A stretch of DNA of 63,939 bases, filler included, from Choristocarpus tenellus KU-1152 (lineage: Eukaryota > Protista > Phaeophyceae): NCBI GenBank assembly GCA_964200185.2. It is 10 parts of 10 records of this genome, joined end to end, with 100 filler letters (N's around TTAATTAATTAA, not from the genome) between each part and the next. Parts side by side here need not be neighbours in the genome. Positions count along the whole stretch, not along the records: positions 8,350 to 13,856 come from CAXNAD020010578.1; positions 13,957 to 25,422 come from CAXNAD020002298.1; positions 25,523 to 30,974 come from CAXNAD020010732.1; 7 more parts are not named here. One strand, written 5' to 3'. Below the pieces are notes generated by a model that had not been told where the DNA came from, did no database searches, and was given only the letters and a program-made list of their open reading frames with translations. The translations under genes were made by a program, and so were the position numbers. Within the stretch, counting starts at the first letter, position 1, and every line of letters begins with the position of its first letter. Below are positions 13,531 to 27,700 of the stretch, in pieces.

Positions 13531-13817
13531 TGTTAAAGAAATTGGTGTTCACAAGACATGTGCATGTAAATGACTCGATCAATTCCTTACTGTGTAGAAC
13601 AAGTTGCACATGAAGTAAGAACAGCCGATCATCAAAATTGAGGATGGAGCTTATTATTGAGGATGAGCGAGACGCGGATTGGTGTGCGGAAAGTGTGCAC
13701 GCACATTTTTTTTTTTTTAATGCTGCGGCACTTTTGGAAGGCCCCGTGTTAAAGAAATTGGTGTTCCCAAGACTTGTGAATGTAAATAACTCGATTAATT
13801 CCTCATTATGCAGAACA
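13531..13817. repeat. ~70-bp imperfect direct repeat, two copies about 216 bp apart
   Basis: TGTTAAAGAAATTGGTGTTC(A/C)CAAGAC...ACTCGAT(C/T)AATTCCT...AGAACA at ~13531 and ~13747. Confidence 0.85.
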
Positions 13818-14012
13818 GACCCAAAGTATCTGGGAGGGGGGGGAGGGTCTACACCANNNNNNNNNNNNNNNNNNNNNNNNNNNNNNNNNNNNNNNNNNNN
13901 TTAATTAATTAANNNNNNNNNNNNNNNNNNNNNNNNNNNNNNNNNNNNNNNNNNNNCCCGAACGGACCCCCTGTTAGACACCCCCCCCCCCCCCCCCAAG
14001 ATACTTTGACCC

Positions 14013-15270
14013 AGAATGGTCTCGCAATGACAGTAATAAATAGAAAGTCGTGAATTACAACAAATAAAACCTAGGACTTCAAGCTGATGATGGTGTTTAT
14101 GAAGCCGCCATTGAGATCTATCGCCTGTGACATGCCTCCCAGCATGAATCATAATTGCTTCAATGCGAAGATCAGACGATTGGACAAAGAAATGAAAATA
14201 TCTCTCCTTATCCTATCATGAACGTATCCGAAATGAAATGAATGCCACTTCCGGGTCCTAACATATCAGTAGGCAGTGTTGGGGATCGAGCGGAGCTGGA
14301 AACCTGGAGGGAAATCTCCTTCTAACGATTGCCCTCATGTCAGATATGGTAGCATGATGCTTGCTACTTACTGCACTCTCTCTGCATATGACTTAGCTTT
14401 CAAGAGAAAAACCTCGTACATCAAAGTCTCACACTCACGTTGAAATAGGGTACTGCCATTGAAGTACTCTCCCCCTTTCTGAACCATGAACACAAACAAA
14501 TACAGACACAGAATCATATTAACACAGAAACAGTGTTGCAGTCCCCCCCCCATTGCCATGCCCAGTGAACTCTTCTTCACTGTTCCCAAAGACTGGAAAC
14601 CTCTGACTTGCCTTGCCCTTCTTCTGCCTTGTTGTCAAAATACTCAGACCAAGTATCCAATATCCTCTCCATGTTTCTCGTGTCGCATGGTGAGGACACT
14701 TCTTTGCTGTGTGTCCTGGATCGTCACCAATGTAGCACCCACTACCAGCCTTCTTAGCAACGTTGACGCTTTTATTTTCTCGACACTTTTTTGCTTCGCT
14801 GAGGCCGTCTTCAGCTTGGTTCCCCTGCTTTCTACGTTGAAAACAATTTCCACTAAACGGATTCGTTTTCCCTGAGAGTTCTTGCTCTACCAAGTAGTGT
14901 GTTCTGACTACAGACATAGCTGGAATATTGTTGTCATTCCTTGCCCACCAACAACAACACCTTTGCTTCAGCTTCACACCGCTTGGAGTGGATCCTCTCA
15001 ATACGTTGAGTGATGAGTCTATCTATTTTTATCCATGTTGGCTTGTTGTCTCCATTAAGAACTCTTCACTCCATCTCGTACTCATCTGAAAGCGCTCACG
15101 ATGGCGATTTTGATCTGGTCCTCAGTCACAGGCATCCCGAGCCACTTTAGTTCACTAGCAACACCGTCGACTTCCAGGTTGAAGTTCTTTGGGTCTTTGC
15201 CTAGCTCCAATTTCATTGAGTTGAATTTGCGAAGAAGACATTTCTGCTTGCTGAATCCCTCTGCATACAG
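14013..15270 (-). mobile_element. Decayed Ty1/copia gag-protease
   Basis: LLRKFNSMKLELGKDPKNFNLEVDGVASELKWLGMPVTEDQIKIAIVSA (copia gag-like), two degenerate zinc knuckles (CFQRRKQGNQAEDG; CYIGDDPGHTAKKCP), protease-like DS..HVTGDR; stops and frameshifts. Confidence 0.8.
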
Positions 15271-15761
15271 GACTCAGTGAATAATTAGTACGAAGAAGTA
15301 CCCATTATCGACAAAGCAATAGCTGCTATATAGAAGGGGAACTTTAATAAATAATCTGAGTTTTGCGGGCGGGAGAATTCTAGCGGGACGTACGTACAGG
15401 GAAGGGAGGATTGATCAGGGAAAAGGAAGAATATTAAAGGGTGGACGAAGAGTTAAGTACTGAGTGACTAGGAGGCAGAAGAGGTAGGAGAGAAGCTAAA
15501 AGAAATAGGTGGTAGGTGGAAGAACGAGGTAGGAAGGAACGGCCAGAACGTGAGGAAAACCTGAGGCTGGGGGCACATGACAAGCAGGGCAAGAACAAGA
15601 CAACCTCTGAGCAATCCCTCCCTCCCACCCACCCTGTCAATTACTCATGACGGACTGGGAAGTTGGTTAGAGGTGCGGAGGTCAAGTTTGGGCAGGGTAG
15701 ATGTCTTCTAGTTCTAACACACAGTGTGAAGTGGATTGTGAAGGGATGTTCTTGGATGACT

Positions 15762-16120
15762 GTGGAGTGGCGTTGAGTGGTGTGGGGTGGGGTGGGGTTG
15801 AAGGGTGGCGTGGTGACTGTAAATTAGTGGAGAAGGGGCGACCTGGTTGGTCGTCAGATGAGGTTGGTGACCGTAAATCAGTGGTGAAGGGGTCGCATTG
15901 GTTGGTCATCGGATGTGGGGGGTGACTGGAAATCATTGGCGAAGGTGGTTCGCACTGGTTGTCATCAGAGGTTGGCGGTGACTGGAAATTAGTGTTGAGA
16001 GGGGTTCGCACGGGTTGTTCACAAGTGGTGATACAATGGGGAAGGGGAGAATGGGCGGAATGCAAACTTAGAATAAATAATAATAATTCAGAATTCGTGA
16101 GCAAAGCAAAATGGTAAATT
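15762..16120. repeat. Dispersed repeat with four ~55-bp tandem subunits (copy 2)
   Basis: Collinear with 105-486. Confidence 0.85.
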
Positions 16121-17167
16121 AGTGTTGGGAATGAGATACTCTGGTATGTGATCATTATTGAGACAAGATCCTAACTAGGTCATGAATCATTTGAGTGTGA
16201 GTTGCTTCAATCGATGATGGAGTGAAGTGACGAAATTATTTCCTGTTGCTCATCATGTAGTCAAAAGGAATGTGCTGAAGTATGCTCTTCTAAAACCGTA
16301 CATGGAAGATGTCTAAATGATTCAGCATAGACCACAATTTCATGTCTATGTATAACAGAAGTAATGCGATACAGGTGAACTTCAATTAGTTGCAAGTAGA
16401 AATCCTGCTGTTATCCACTTCAGTACTATTGTAATCCGTAAGATTTATGACAACCAGGATAATTAACAACATTCAGATGGCTCACGACATGAGAAAACAC
16501 ACGAACTTCGAACATGTCGGTGGCAATATCACCCTTGTTCGTGAGATGAATAAGTCAAACTATTCCATTTCAAGAATATTAACTTGCCAAAGTCTAGGTC
16601 TGATCTGGAATCATTCGGCTGTTGGGTATTCATCTTGAGTTGCCCTCTTTAGGATTCGAGAACCCCTATGTTCTGGAGAACTGAGGCCACTACATTATGC
16701 AAACTGGGTGCAATAACTCCGTGCCGAAATTGTTTATGCCCTTCAAAAAAAGAAATAGCCCTGTACCGACATACACGTTCGTGCACTGAGTGAATAGTGG
16801 CCTGTAAGAATCAGGTAATCATTGAAACATTGCTTGGTGGTTTCAAGTCAGTGTGGAAGTCTGAATTCCCCTCCTTTCAGTAACGCCCTACTTGGTGATG
16901 AAGATTTTTATATCTTCTTGTCCAGTGCTTGCCGCTTACAACAACACTCTCGGCACATTCAAGAAATCACAGTTCTAAGGAAGCACTGTGCCTAGTAAGA
17001 GATAATAAGAGGAAGGGGAACATTAACTCGATATTAATAACACAATTAAAGTGATAAAATTGTGTATTTGCCGGTCAACCAACACTTCCTTACTACTCGG
17101 AGGAAGTCATGACTACGAAGATCTTTGATATGCGTAGTTGTGTTGTGAAACGAAGTGTTTATTAATA

Positions 17168-18886
17168 CTTCCTCCTTTCGGAATTAAATGTAACAACTTT
17201 TGTAACCTACGTTCTCACCATGAATTGACCATGTGATAAACTCATTAGACAAGGCTTAGTTTTCATATAGGTTGGGAGGCGTGCAAGTTTTGAGATGGGT
17301 TGTAACTATTGTGGAGGGTCACCAGTGGAAAGTCGACCAAGCTACACTTGATAGGGTTCAAGAACCACGTGAAACTGTCAAGGAGCGGGTTTATTGGGAT
17401 GCCTAGGACCCAGGCCCCCCGTTGTTTGAGCGGCGTGCTCGTATCATCTTTGCCCATGGGTCCCAATTCTTCGACCAAGAAGTCTGTCCAGGGTCAGACT
17501 CGAACACCACGGCGAAGAACAGTGTGATGGCGTGATGCCTGGAGGCGAGAGGGAGCAAGACTCAGATGCCTCAGGAGACGGTGACGGCAGCCACGGAGGA
17601 CTTCAGAATTTGCCAAATCACCGTGTTCTGTCGTGTGGAGGAGTATGACAGCCAGATCGCACGGGTTGAGTGCATGGACCTTGTACGATATAGGAAGGGG
17701 AGATGTGGCCACCGTAGAAGTATCCTTGACGCTTGGGATGTCCCATCGGTACCCGCATATCCTTTCGCACATGGGCGACCAAAGCTGGGTCTCCCTTCCC
17801 TTGTTGTGGGATCCGTGCGAACGCGAGAAGATGAAGAAGGTCAAGTGGTGGATTAAGCCAGTCCTCTCAAACTAGCAGAGAGCCAATAGGGTGGGTTTCG
17901 ACATCAGCCACACGCACAGGAGGGGGGGAAGTGAGGCATTAGTGAACGAACTATATGACTGGGTGGATGTGGATATGGAGTGGTTTTACATCCTCAGAGA
18001 TGGGCAAGGTGTGTACCTGCACCTCACTGAGGACCCCTACAACCTCCCACGGGCACAGAATAAGCGCTGTGTTACGAAGGTGATGTTCCTGCAGTCGTGA
18101 CCCGCCCTAGGAAGCTCTCGAACAGGGTGTGATTTGACGGGAAAATCGGGATCTGGCCAATCATGCACACTAAGGTCGCTCAGCACTCCAGCAAACACCG
18201 TGCCAAGGGCACTGAGTTCTATTTACCAGCCATGGCAGATGGGGAGAGGTTATAGAAGCTATGATCGAGATCATCCTGGCAATCAAGGCCCGCATGGATG
18301 GGGTGGAAGGACACACCATCTTCGGCAGCAGGACAGAGCAAAGTCACACAAGGGGGGGATCATGGAGGCAATTAAGGAGTTGTTCGTGAATGATATTACC
18401 ATAGAGACCCAGCCAGTCAACTCACCTGATCTCAACCTCTGGAATTCTTTCATTCCATCCAGCAACTGAAGGAAGACGTGGGAGTGATCAAAAGAGAGGA
18501 GCTGGTGGAAACCACGATGGAGGTATTCGATATGTACCCCCAGGAGACAGTAGAGCGTGTCTAGCAGAGCCTCTTCGCAGTCTATGGCAAAGTGCTGGGG
18601 CCCAAAGCATGAGGTCTTTGAGATTTCCCATCTTAGCAAGGAAAAACTCAGAAGGCAGGCAAGCCCCCCCCCCAATGCCCCTGTGGAGTGGCAAAATAAT
18701 GTCCTGGAATGAAGTTTGGAGGGTTTTGGAGAAGAAATAGGTGTAGCTACCCCATTTTGCTTGAGATTTTGGTTGGGGAACCTTTTTAGTGTTTCCACAA
18801 TACACCCATCAAATATAAAGATGTAAAAAAAAATTCTTCATCGGGGCTGCAAAAGGTATGTTACACATTTAATTCCAAATGAAGAA
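17168..18886 (+). mobile_element. Near full-length decayed Tc1/mariner element, DD39D (plant-mariner/Stowaway-related) type
   Basis: Transposase motifs WVDVDMEWFY, KVMFL..V.RPR, FDGKIGIWP, QPVNSPDLN, FFHSIQ across frameshifts (17566-18730). Imperfect TIRs TA|CTTCCTCCTTTCGGAATTAAATGT ... ACATTTAATTCCAAATGAAGAA|TA. Confidence 0.9.
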
Positions 18887-18989
18887 TAGAATTTGATCAT
18901 TACTTTTTTTTGAGCTCATTGGTTAGAATGAATTGAAGCAGGTGGGTGTGATCATCTAGGAGGAGTTGCCATAGATATTGATGACGGTT

Positions 18990-19610
18990 GTGCAGGTTGA
19001 GATCCTCTCAACAGAGCTGTCAGCGGAGGGAGGGAAAAATAGCAGAAGACAGAGATAAAGAGTCAGAGGGTGATGATTCCGACGAGGATGGCAGCCAAGA
19101 GAAACCATCTCAGGCGTTGGGTCATCAATTAGATGATGGGGAGTTTGAAGATGCGGGTCAACTTGTTCTCTTGTCCACGAGGAGATGAAGAACAGCTAAC
19201 TCTTGAGATACGAGAACGCTGGGGAGGTGAACATGGACAAAGTACCGCGAACAAGTAGTTTGTGACGTCAGCATGGTCACAGCATCATTCATGAGGGGAA
19301 AGTTTGGAGTGTATCGGCTACTACTTCAACTTGCTCTTCCCAGAGGATGAGATCAAGGTCACACTTGAGGCTACATGAACTCACACGCAACAAGGCAGTT
19401 TTGAGCATGTGCCAGTGATATCAGGTGTATGTTGGGTGCTTGGTTAGCCATGAAACTCGTTGAGATCATGGATGGAACAAAGTAGTTGGGTGACTATAGG
19501 GGAAAGGGGCGTTGTGCAAACAGCATGCACGTCAGAACAAACATTCGGCAACGCATCTCTCACAATCACTTCACCTACTTTCAGCGTTCTCATCAATTAC
19601 CTGTGGACAT
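18990..19610 (+). mobile_element. piggyBac-like transposase N-terminal remnant
   Basis: Acidic leader, then YFNLLFPEDEIKVTLEAT, IRCMLGAWLAMKL and NIRQRISHNHF in the order of PGBD N-terminal motifs; stops and frameshifts. Confidence 0.55.
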
Positions 19611-20367
19611 GAAGAAGGGGAGTGTGGATGGAACCGTAAAAAATTGAAATACCACTGTTCCAACTGGGTTGATATTCATTAATCGCTGTAACTGCCACAA
19701 GTATCAAAAAAATATTCACAACAAAAGTCGAGGCAACAATGCCGCAATCGATTTCAAAGGCCCCTGAAGTGGTAACAAACACAAGAGTATACTATATTGC
19801 TTCATAGCCATTTGTAACATTTTCGTAGAATTGATGTCAAGCACCTCTACAGTAGGAGCGTTGCTTGTATTTCAACACGGGCATGGTGTATGTTGCTCAT
19901 TGTTAAAAAAAGGTCTTAACAAACAAAACAGTCAAATCGACTTCCCTACCAGACGGTTTTCACTCACTGCTGTGCCAGTGATGGACTACAATAGCACTAA
20001 CTTGAGACTAGCGTATTGATGGCACAGTGATGTGACAACATCTTGACAAACACTTGTAGAGTATGAAGCACACCCTCCTTCACTCTCACGTGGCTACGTG
20101 CACCCTGTACAGGAACATGTCAACCCCCTATATACCATGTTTGTTCACCAGGTCCTGTGGGCGCTTGTGCACTCAACAACAATGCATCGCAGTAAAACAA
20201 AGGAGCACCGAAAACCTAGTGGAAAACTTTGCCTACCTCTATTCTACCACTTTGGGGACCCTCTCGTCAGTCAGTCTCGACAAATGAAAAGTAACCAAAA
20301 CCCACACCATTTCATCCATCCAGTCGTTAAGGTAACTTGATGAGGTCATTTTCACAATAAAAATAAT

Positions 20368-23300
20368 CTACTTGTCTCTCTGCAGGATCTCCAAGTATCC
20401 CTCCCCTCGGTGTTGTGTATCACTTACGACATGCATACCCACTGAGGTTAAGCCAGGTAGTGCTGCACAGACTCGCTCCAGATCCTTTGGGGGGGGGTAG
20501 GGCGTAAGAGGACACGTAAGTGTGGTATTCAGATCACACCAGCGGAAAAATACAAAACTGTTCCGATGATGAACTGTTCTTGAGGTGTACAACTCAAAAG
20601 TACGAAGACAATTAAAAATATATATAGGTCAAGCACCCACACATTGTACTTCCTCGAACTTTCACATTTGTTTGGGGATATGAAGTAAGCACCAGAACAA
20701 TTTTGAACAAGAAGGTGCAACTGGAGAAAAAGAAAAAGAAACAGAAAAAGAAATAGAAAAAGGTGAGTCAACACTTTCCAGGCGGAGGCGTGCGCAGGGT
20801 TAATTTGCACAACAATGACTCAGAGCTTACAACCAGGGGTCACACACAAGCCATTACAGCAATAATAATAAAAATTGCAAAGCGCCTATACCATAACAGT
20901 AAATCCTCTTCTTGATATGGTCTCATCCTACAAGGCTATAGCAGAACTTAGGTCTTGACCAAGACGTGCATGTCACATGTAGGGTAGTCTTAGCCAGGCA
21001 GACACAAACTCAAATATCTTCCTCACATGAAAACTTCCACTTCACAACACGATTCCAGATCACCCAGAGAGAGACTCACCAAACATAGCAATGCAACTGT
21101 GGTAGGATCTGGTTATGGTTATGCTAGATTTCTTGAATGTGAGGGGGCAGAGTGTCATACTGGTTTGCACAAGAAGCAACATAGTAAATGAAAAAACCTC
21201 ACCTTGGCACTTGGGAGACGATTGGGAACAAGAATGGGGTTTGCTCGTCTTTGCTTGTCCACATTTGCAGCCCCTTTGGGGTGACTGATCACAATGCGTC
21301 CTCCCTGGTTTAAAGGGAGGAAGAGAGGAAGTTGAGAGGAGAGATGGGAATGGGGGTTGGTAGGATATCTTTTTCTATGGTGCTACTCCTGTTATCACCG
21401 AATTTCTCATTAGAAGGGGCTTCAGATAAAACAAAATAGTACAACCACAACAAAGTCAGTACAGTTCATGGAAGTGCAACCTTAAAGCACTTCACACATG
21501 AAAGGCAAAGGGATGAACCACAATGTCATTAACAAAATGCTTGCTATAGTGTATCCCCTACAAGAGGTCAAGAGATTCAGTGGACGTAACACCAGCCAAC
21601 TGGTCTTCACACATCACACACTAAACTGAAAACAAACATCAAGCTCATTGCACAGGGCACACAACTGAACATCAGGCTCAAGCTTCACACTTGCCAGTCG
21701 TCTACTCCAGTTCTGGTTCAGTGTGTTTGTCACCAATGGCACCATAACAACAAGGTGCCCGGCATAGTTTGCTGGGTTGAACACACAAATGTACCTAACG
21801 TTCAATGCAGGTGTGCACTTCTATCAAACAGATGCAGCGTCCTTTGAGAAACGCGTGACCTAACACATTGTCATGTTGGGTTGGATTCATCATTGTCATG
21901 TCGAAGACAGAGCAAAGCAAAACCTACAAGTTCAAAATCCTATCAAAAATAGCAATGATGGCTTTGTCATCTTGAGATTGAAGATGCACCCCCACAAGAT
22001 CAGGGTGCAAAGAGCAGATGGTAGCACCGTATCAAAAAACACCCAGGCAGTAAGGAATAGGTCGGATCTATAAAACGAAAAATAAACGTAGGCATTAATA
22101 GTATGCAGGAACAAGCCACCTTCCTGGACGTGACCAGTCTTGCAGCGAGCTACTTCATAACGCAGAACAATTTCTACTACCAATCTGCAAAAGTTACAGT
22201 TACAGGAGAGCCATCTCCCTCGTCGGATCTAACTTCATCTAACACAATAACATGGCACAATACTAACCGCAACCACGACCTGTGTCCAGATAGATCTATC
22301 GCTCACCAAAACAAAAACACGTGCAGTGATCTTAACAACCAAGCTCAATTTTCACACCGTCACCACCTGCAACTTGCCTAGTTCCCTAATTCCCACTGTG
22401 GAGTTACCACAAGTGATTGCAATCAGAAACAACGGTTTTTCAGTGTTTATCATCAATCATTCACCATGCAGCTTACAAGCAGCAGCCAATGCACAGTCCC
22501 AATCTGGACCACACTTGGTGGACTACTGGTGCATCATACATGACCCAACTCATGACAGTTACCTTCCTCAACAATCGGGCAGCACCCTCAAGGGCTGCTC
22601 CTGGATCTAGGATATTATGCAGGCATCCATTGAAGAAAACATGACTAAAGCCATCTCCTGATTGGTCATCTTCAAAGGCCAAGAAGTCCCCCTGTGTACA
22701 AGGCAGTGAGAGGGATAAGGTCCATCAGACCACTGGTAGAGAGAGAGAGAGAAGACTAGTTGAAGGGTAACACAAAGTGGTAGAAACAAATGTTAGTAAG
22801 AGATGAACACGGCATAAATACAGGTCAGGGTTAGTCTTCCAAGGTCAACAAGTGGCTATACATCAGCGCACTGGAGGCAAGAGAGTGATCCTTGCATACG
22901 ACATGCAATCCATGGATAAACACACACATAAACCAACATTGTACTTGTATACCTTGCAAAAACATGCAACGTTCGTAATACTATGGTCAAACACCAACAT
23001 TACTCCGCTCAGTGGATTGTCATGTAACGGATAATCACTTTAACGCCAACCAAACTGCATGACAAGGCCAGGTTAAACAAGGACATGTGGCACCTAGCCC
23101 ACAACATACGGTCAATAGCGAGCACAGTAGAGTAGTGGAAAGTCACTCAACGGCGAAGACAGCTTCACAGAATTCAACTTGACCCTCCAACAAGCGTTAG
23201 CATCCAAATCACATCACTATTTAGTACGTTGAGTTTTGATGAAGTTGTGTTTTCAGGGTTAGGGTTAGAGTCGAAACACTATTACAATGAGTCAAAAGCG

Positions 23301-24789
23301 GTTTAAAGCTCTTGAAAGGGATGGAATGAATATAAAGGTAGGTATGCACACGGACACACGGGATGGAATGGTGTAAAGGGAATGAATACAAATGGAATGA
23401 ATAGTAGCGCCTGAGAAGAGACATTGTCAGTACTACTGTTTCTGACCTGTGTGAAGGTTGCCCCAGGATACCTCTCACTCGCAACCTCCACCATCTGTGA
23501 TGATAGATCAACTCCTACATAGTCAGCCTGAAGCAAGGCAAACGAGTAAAGAGCAACTACCATATTAGGAAGGGGGCACACCAAGAAAAGAATCAGAAAA
23601 AAAAACACATAAAAAAAACGAAATACTGATAGTCGCTATTCGTGGCAAAAAAAAAGTCGGTGCAGAGAGATGCAAACGATGTAAATTGTGATGTAAATTA
23701 CACTAAGAGATGGCGTGTGAGCATCCACGAACGGATTGAAGCATGTCACTGACTCGGAAGGTTTAGTCTAGATGTGTATCGGAGTCTATGAATTGAAGGT
23801 GCATGACGGTGAGAGGGCATCGAGGTATAATACATGTAATAATATGCCCTGCCCTAGAGGAAGATCTAACTCTTAAGACACTCACTAAATATTAAGGCCA
23901 TCTATTGAATTACTCTGTCAGAGTACCGCTGCTGGTATATGGAAGGTTGTCTTCTCCAGTTTCAAGCAGAGCAGGGGTCATGGATGGCTGAAAGTACCAA
24001 CACGAACAGCTGCAGCGTATTTCCTAACCCTAACCCTAACCCCTATGTACATCCACTCATGAGTAACATTCACATAGGTATATTTCCAAATTAAGGGGCA
24101 GCCACTGTTAACACTAGTCTCACACAACCACAACAACGAACATAGCACCTTCTATTGCCCAAGGGGAGGTGGTAGACTCAACAGAACCTGCCACTGCTGT
24201 GAAAGCATGCCCTGTCGAAGGCAAAGCAAATGACACATGACCACATCACACTTCTTATCATCAACACCTACAGCAGCATCCACTCAACGCCTACCCTCTA
24301 CCTATCTCAACGGTCTCGAAAAAACAAACAGAATATTACTACTACTACTACTATTATTATTATTATTATATTACTCCAACAGAATATTACTATTATTACT
24401 ATTACTATTATCATTATCATATTTATATTAATCTACGTATCAATACAGGGTGCTACGGAATGGGCGACAGCGTGCCTGTCACAACTCTGTCCTAAGTACC
24501 AAAGGGCTCGAGGGCTCTCTTCAGGTTACAAACAATATGTATATATGAATACTACCTAGTCCATGACAACCACGGAAACACACAGCCTGGCACTCCAGGC
24601 ATGCTTAACGCCAACACTACAAAACAAACGTCTCCTTCCTGGACAAAACATTGGCACTACCCCACCAGACCTCAGATTTCCAATAGGACTAGAGTCACCG
24701 CCGGCGCACCTGTTGAACCCCCTTTGGCTCCAGAAAACGCATGAGAATGCCTGTACCGCACCCCACGTCCATGACTCGACTGTCTGGAC
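20368..24789 (-). CDS. Class I SAM-dependent methyltransferase, 5'-partial; exons 24710..24789, 23447..23527, 22563..22691, 21203..21304, 20368..20484
   Basis: All joins are GT-AG and in frame: VMDVGCGTG (motif I), YVGVDLSSQMVEVA, QGDFL, LLRKGGRIVISHP, ending ...LEILQRDK*. Confidence 0.92.
24329..24420. repeat. Duplicated CAGAATATTAC plus (TAC/TAT)n microsatellite, intronic
   Basis: Read directly. Confidence 0.9.
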
Positions 24790-27700
24790 CTACCCCAGAA
24801 CATGTCACTACAGCCTGTGGCGGTTACACAGGGCAGGGGGATACCAATCGCAGTTCTTGAGTTGACCCGTGATGACTGACTTTGATTGTGGAGGGTACAC
24901 CAAAAAAAGGTACGGCAAAAAAAAGAAGCACTTTTGATCACGTTTCAGAGCAGGGGAGGAACCAGTTCAGGACGAGGGATTGCAGCATACTTCCATGGGG
25001 GTTAGGGATAGGGTTAGGGAGCGACATTTTACGCATCGACAAACCCGCAGCCCGTGTCTCTCAAAAGACGCAACAAAGGCACGTCATTAGGGTTAGGGTT
25101 TAGTGTAGCCACAAATCACATCGTGTTGTGATAATCCGCAAACTGAGAAGAGAAGAGTAAATTTCGCCTCTTTCGTTTCTTTCCGTTTTATTTCAACCGC
25201 ATCTCTGGGGTTATATAGGGGTGTTACCATTTTTCAGTTGCACCTCACATTGCGCACACACCATGCAATGTGATGCGATTCTGCCCCGCCATCTATCTTG
25301 CACTGACAAAAAAAGTGCGGCATACTTTTTTTTTTTTTTTTTTTTTTTTTTTATCTCCAAAGTTTTCCATTCAAATTAATTTAAAAAAAACTTTAAGTAA
25401 GGCGAGTTCATCCTCTTTTACANNNNNNNNNNNNNNNNNNNNNNNNNNNNNNNNNNNNNNNNNNNNTTAATTAATTAANNNNNNNNNNNNNNNNNNNNNN
25501 NNNNNNNNNNNNNNNNNNNNNNGTTGCCATGAACCAACCCTGACTGGGTCATTCAGGGGTAGTAGTGGGTAAAATAGTGGGGCATACTCCAGAGGAATAT
25601 GAAGGTGATAAGAAGGCACAAAAGTCACAGAAGGCTCAGTGACCTGAGATAGTTCCAGTCAGTCATGCTCCAGACATACAGTGAACAAACTCCCCGGAGA
25701 CAACAACAAAACTGTATCATAAGTGCACCTCACACATTGCTTGCTAAATCTTTAGGCACCATGCACACTACAGAATCAACAACTTGCACATTTCTGCGAC
25801 CACACACATTGGATGAAGAATATTTGAATCATGATCGATGCTGTAAAAAATGCCAAGATTATTGTCTCCATACTCCTGTGTACTTCCCACAGAAACAATG
25901 CATGCCGTCTGTCAACTCATGGTTTTGGCAGCAGGTTCCAGTCTCTGCCTATCGCTTGATCTCTTACCCAGTCAGGGACATACAACAGTACAAACAGACA
26001 ACTTTGCACATATCCTTGCCTCTCCAAGATGAGAGCCTCACTCAATCCACACGTATATGCCCACAAAAAATGGACAATGCACTCGATGAGCTTCAGGCGT
26101 GATACTATCAATACAGGGACAAATCTTGGTAACATAACTTGCTCTTCCTTTCATACGGGTTTGCTCTGACACAAGCCCCTGCTCTTCACACCAAGTACAG
26201 CAGCACTCGAGTTGCATCTATTTATTGGCTGCGATAGTGCATTGTTGACCAAATATACATCCTCTATAGCACTTCCAATGCATGCCAGTTTTCGTTAATA
26301 AAGAATTAGCTGGCTAGTGCAGGTAAAGCCTGGATGCCTTCATTCTTCCAGTATACAAGAACCTCACTCTTTTTGGCACATCGGACCATCACAAGGAATT
26401 GGACAGTTACGTATGTTTTCTCACATACCATTCCCTCGAAGCAGCTGAAACTGTATAATAAAAATACTCACTTCTGGCTCCGCACTTTGACGCACTACAA
26501 TCCCAATACCTTCCGAGCAGGTCTATGCCTAGATCCTGGTGAACACATCATGAGGAGGTCGTTATGGTCTCACTGATTGAAACTGCAGCTGGTCTACCAG
26601 GACTTGCACCACATCATGCTCACCAGTCAAACACATTGGATTTGATAAGCAGTTGATTCAATGCAGACTTAGCAAAAAAACCCCTCCCAGTTGTTCAATG
26701 ACCAGAGATGAAATACTTCCCGGAGTGAAATGAGTGCAGATGTAACTAATGTGATATATTTTTCCTATCCGCCTCATCATTTCTATTTGCTGATGCTGTG
26801 GTGTGATTAAAATATTGAAGTCCCACCCGACCACTTGACTGCGCAAATCCACCTAGCCAATCAAGCTTTACTCTCAAGACCATGGGTATACTTCACAACT
26901 TAATCAAACCCAACCAGTCCAGCATCAGCATACAGAAATATGGTTGCATCCACCAGAGTAAAATTTACAAAAAACAGCAAGTAGATTTGAGATTCACTCC
27001 GCTGGGAATATGCAAAAATGCCTAGTAAAATGCCACCCAAAGCTTATATTGATGGAAACACATCCCCCCAGTTGCACACCTCTGGTGCATGACAAGACCA
27101 CTTACGTACGTTCATTTGGAGATGAACAAGCACTCCATTCTAGCACTGACAATAGTGTTTGCAATGACAAGGACCTTGCTCTTGTCCAAAGACCCTTCTG
27201 TGAAATGGGTAGGATGAGAAGCAGTAATTGCACAGACCGTACCATATCGTGCACATAGATGTGCCTATCCCTGGTGTCATCACCAGTTTTTTTTCCACTC
27301 TCCCACTTCTCTCTGGTGAATGTCCAGTCAAAACAAACAAAAAGCTTTGGACAATACCATGGAAGGTACTACAAACAACTAACCAGAAAAAAAATTCAAA
27401 GTGCTGGTAAGGAAACATCGAGACACCAGCAGCACTGACAGCCTATTGTGTCAGTCTGAATTGTAACCTCAAATATCCTCGAATCGATTCCCAAAGTGTC
27501 CAAATTCTGCCTGAAAATGTTCTGTTCTTCGTACAAAATAGTTCTAGAATATTCTCAAAGGAATCATTTCGTGTTCAAGATGGAATCAAAAGCGGAAACA
27601 AGTCACAAACATGACCAGCTTTCAGATGAACATAGATGATAAATCTTCAACACCACATACAAGGTCCTTAACAGCTCAAGATATATCCAAGGTACCATTC

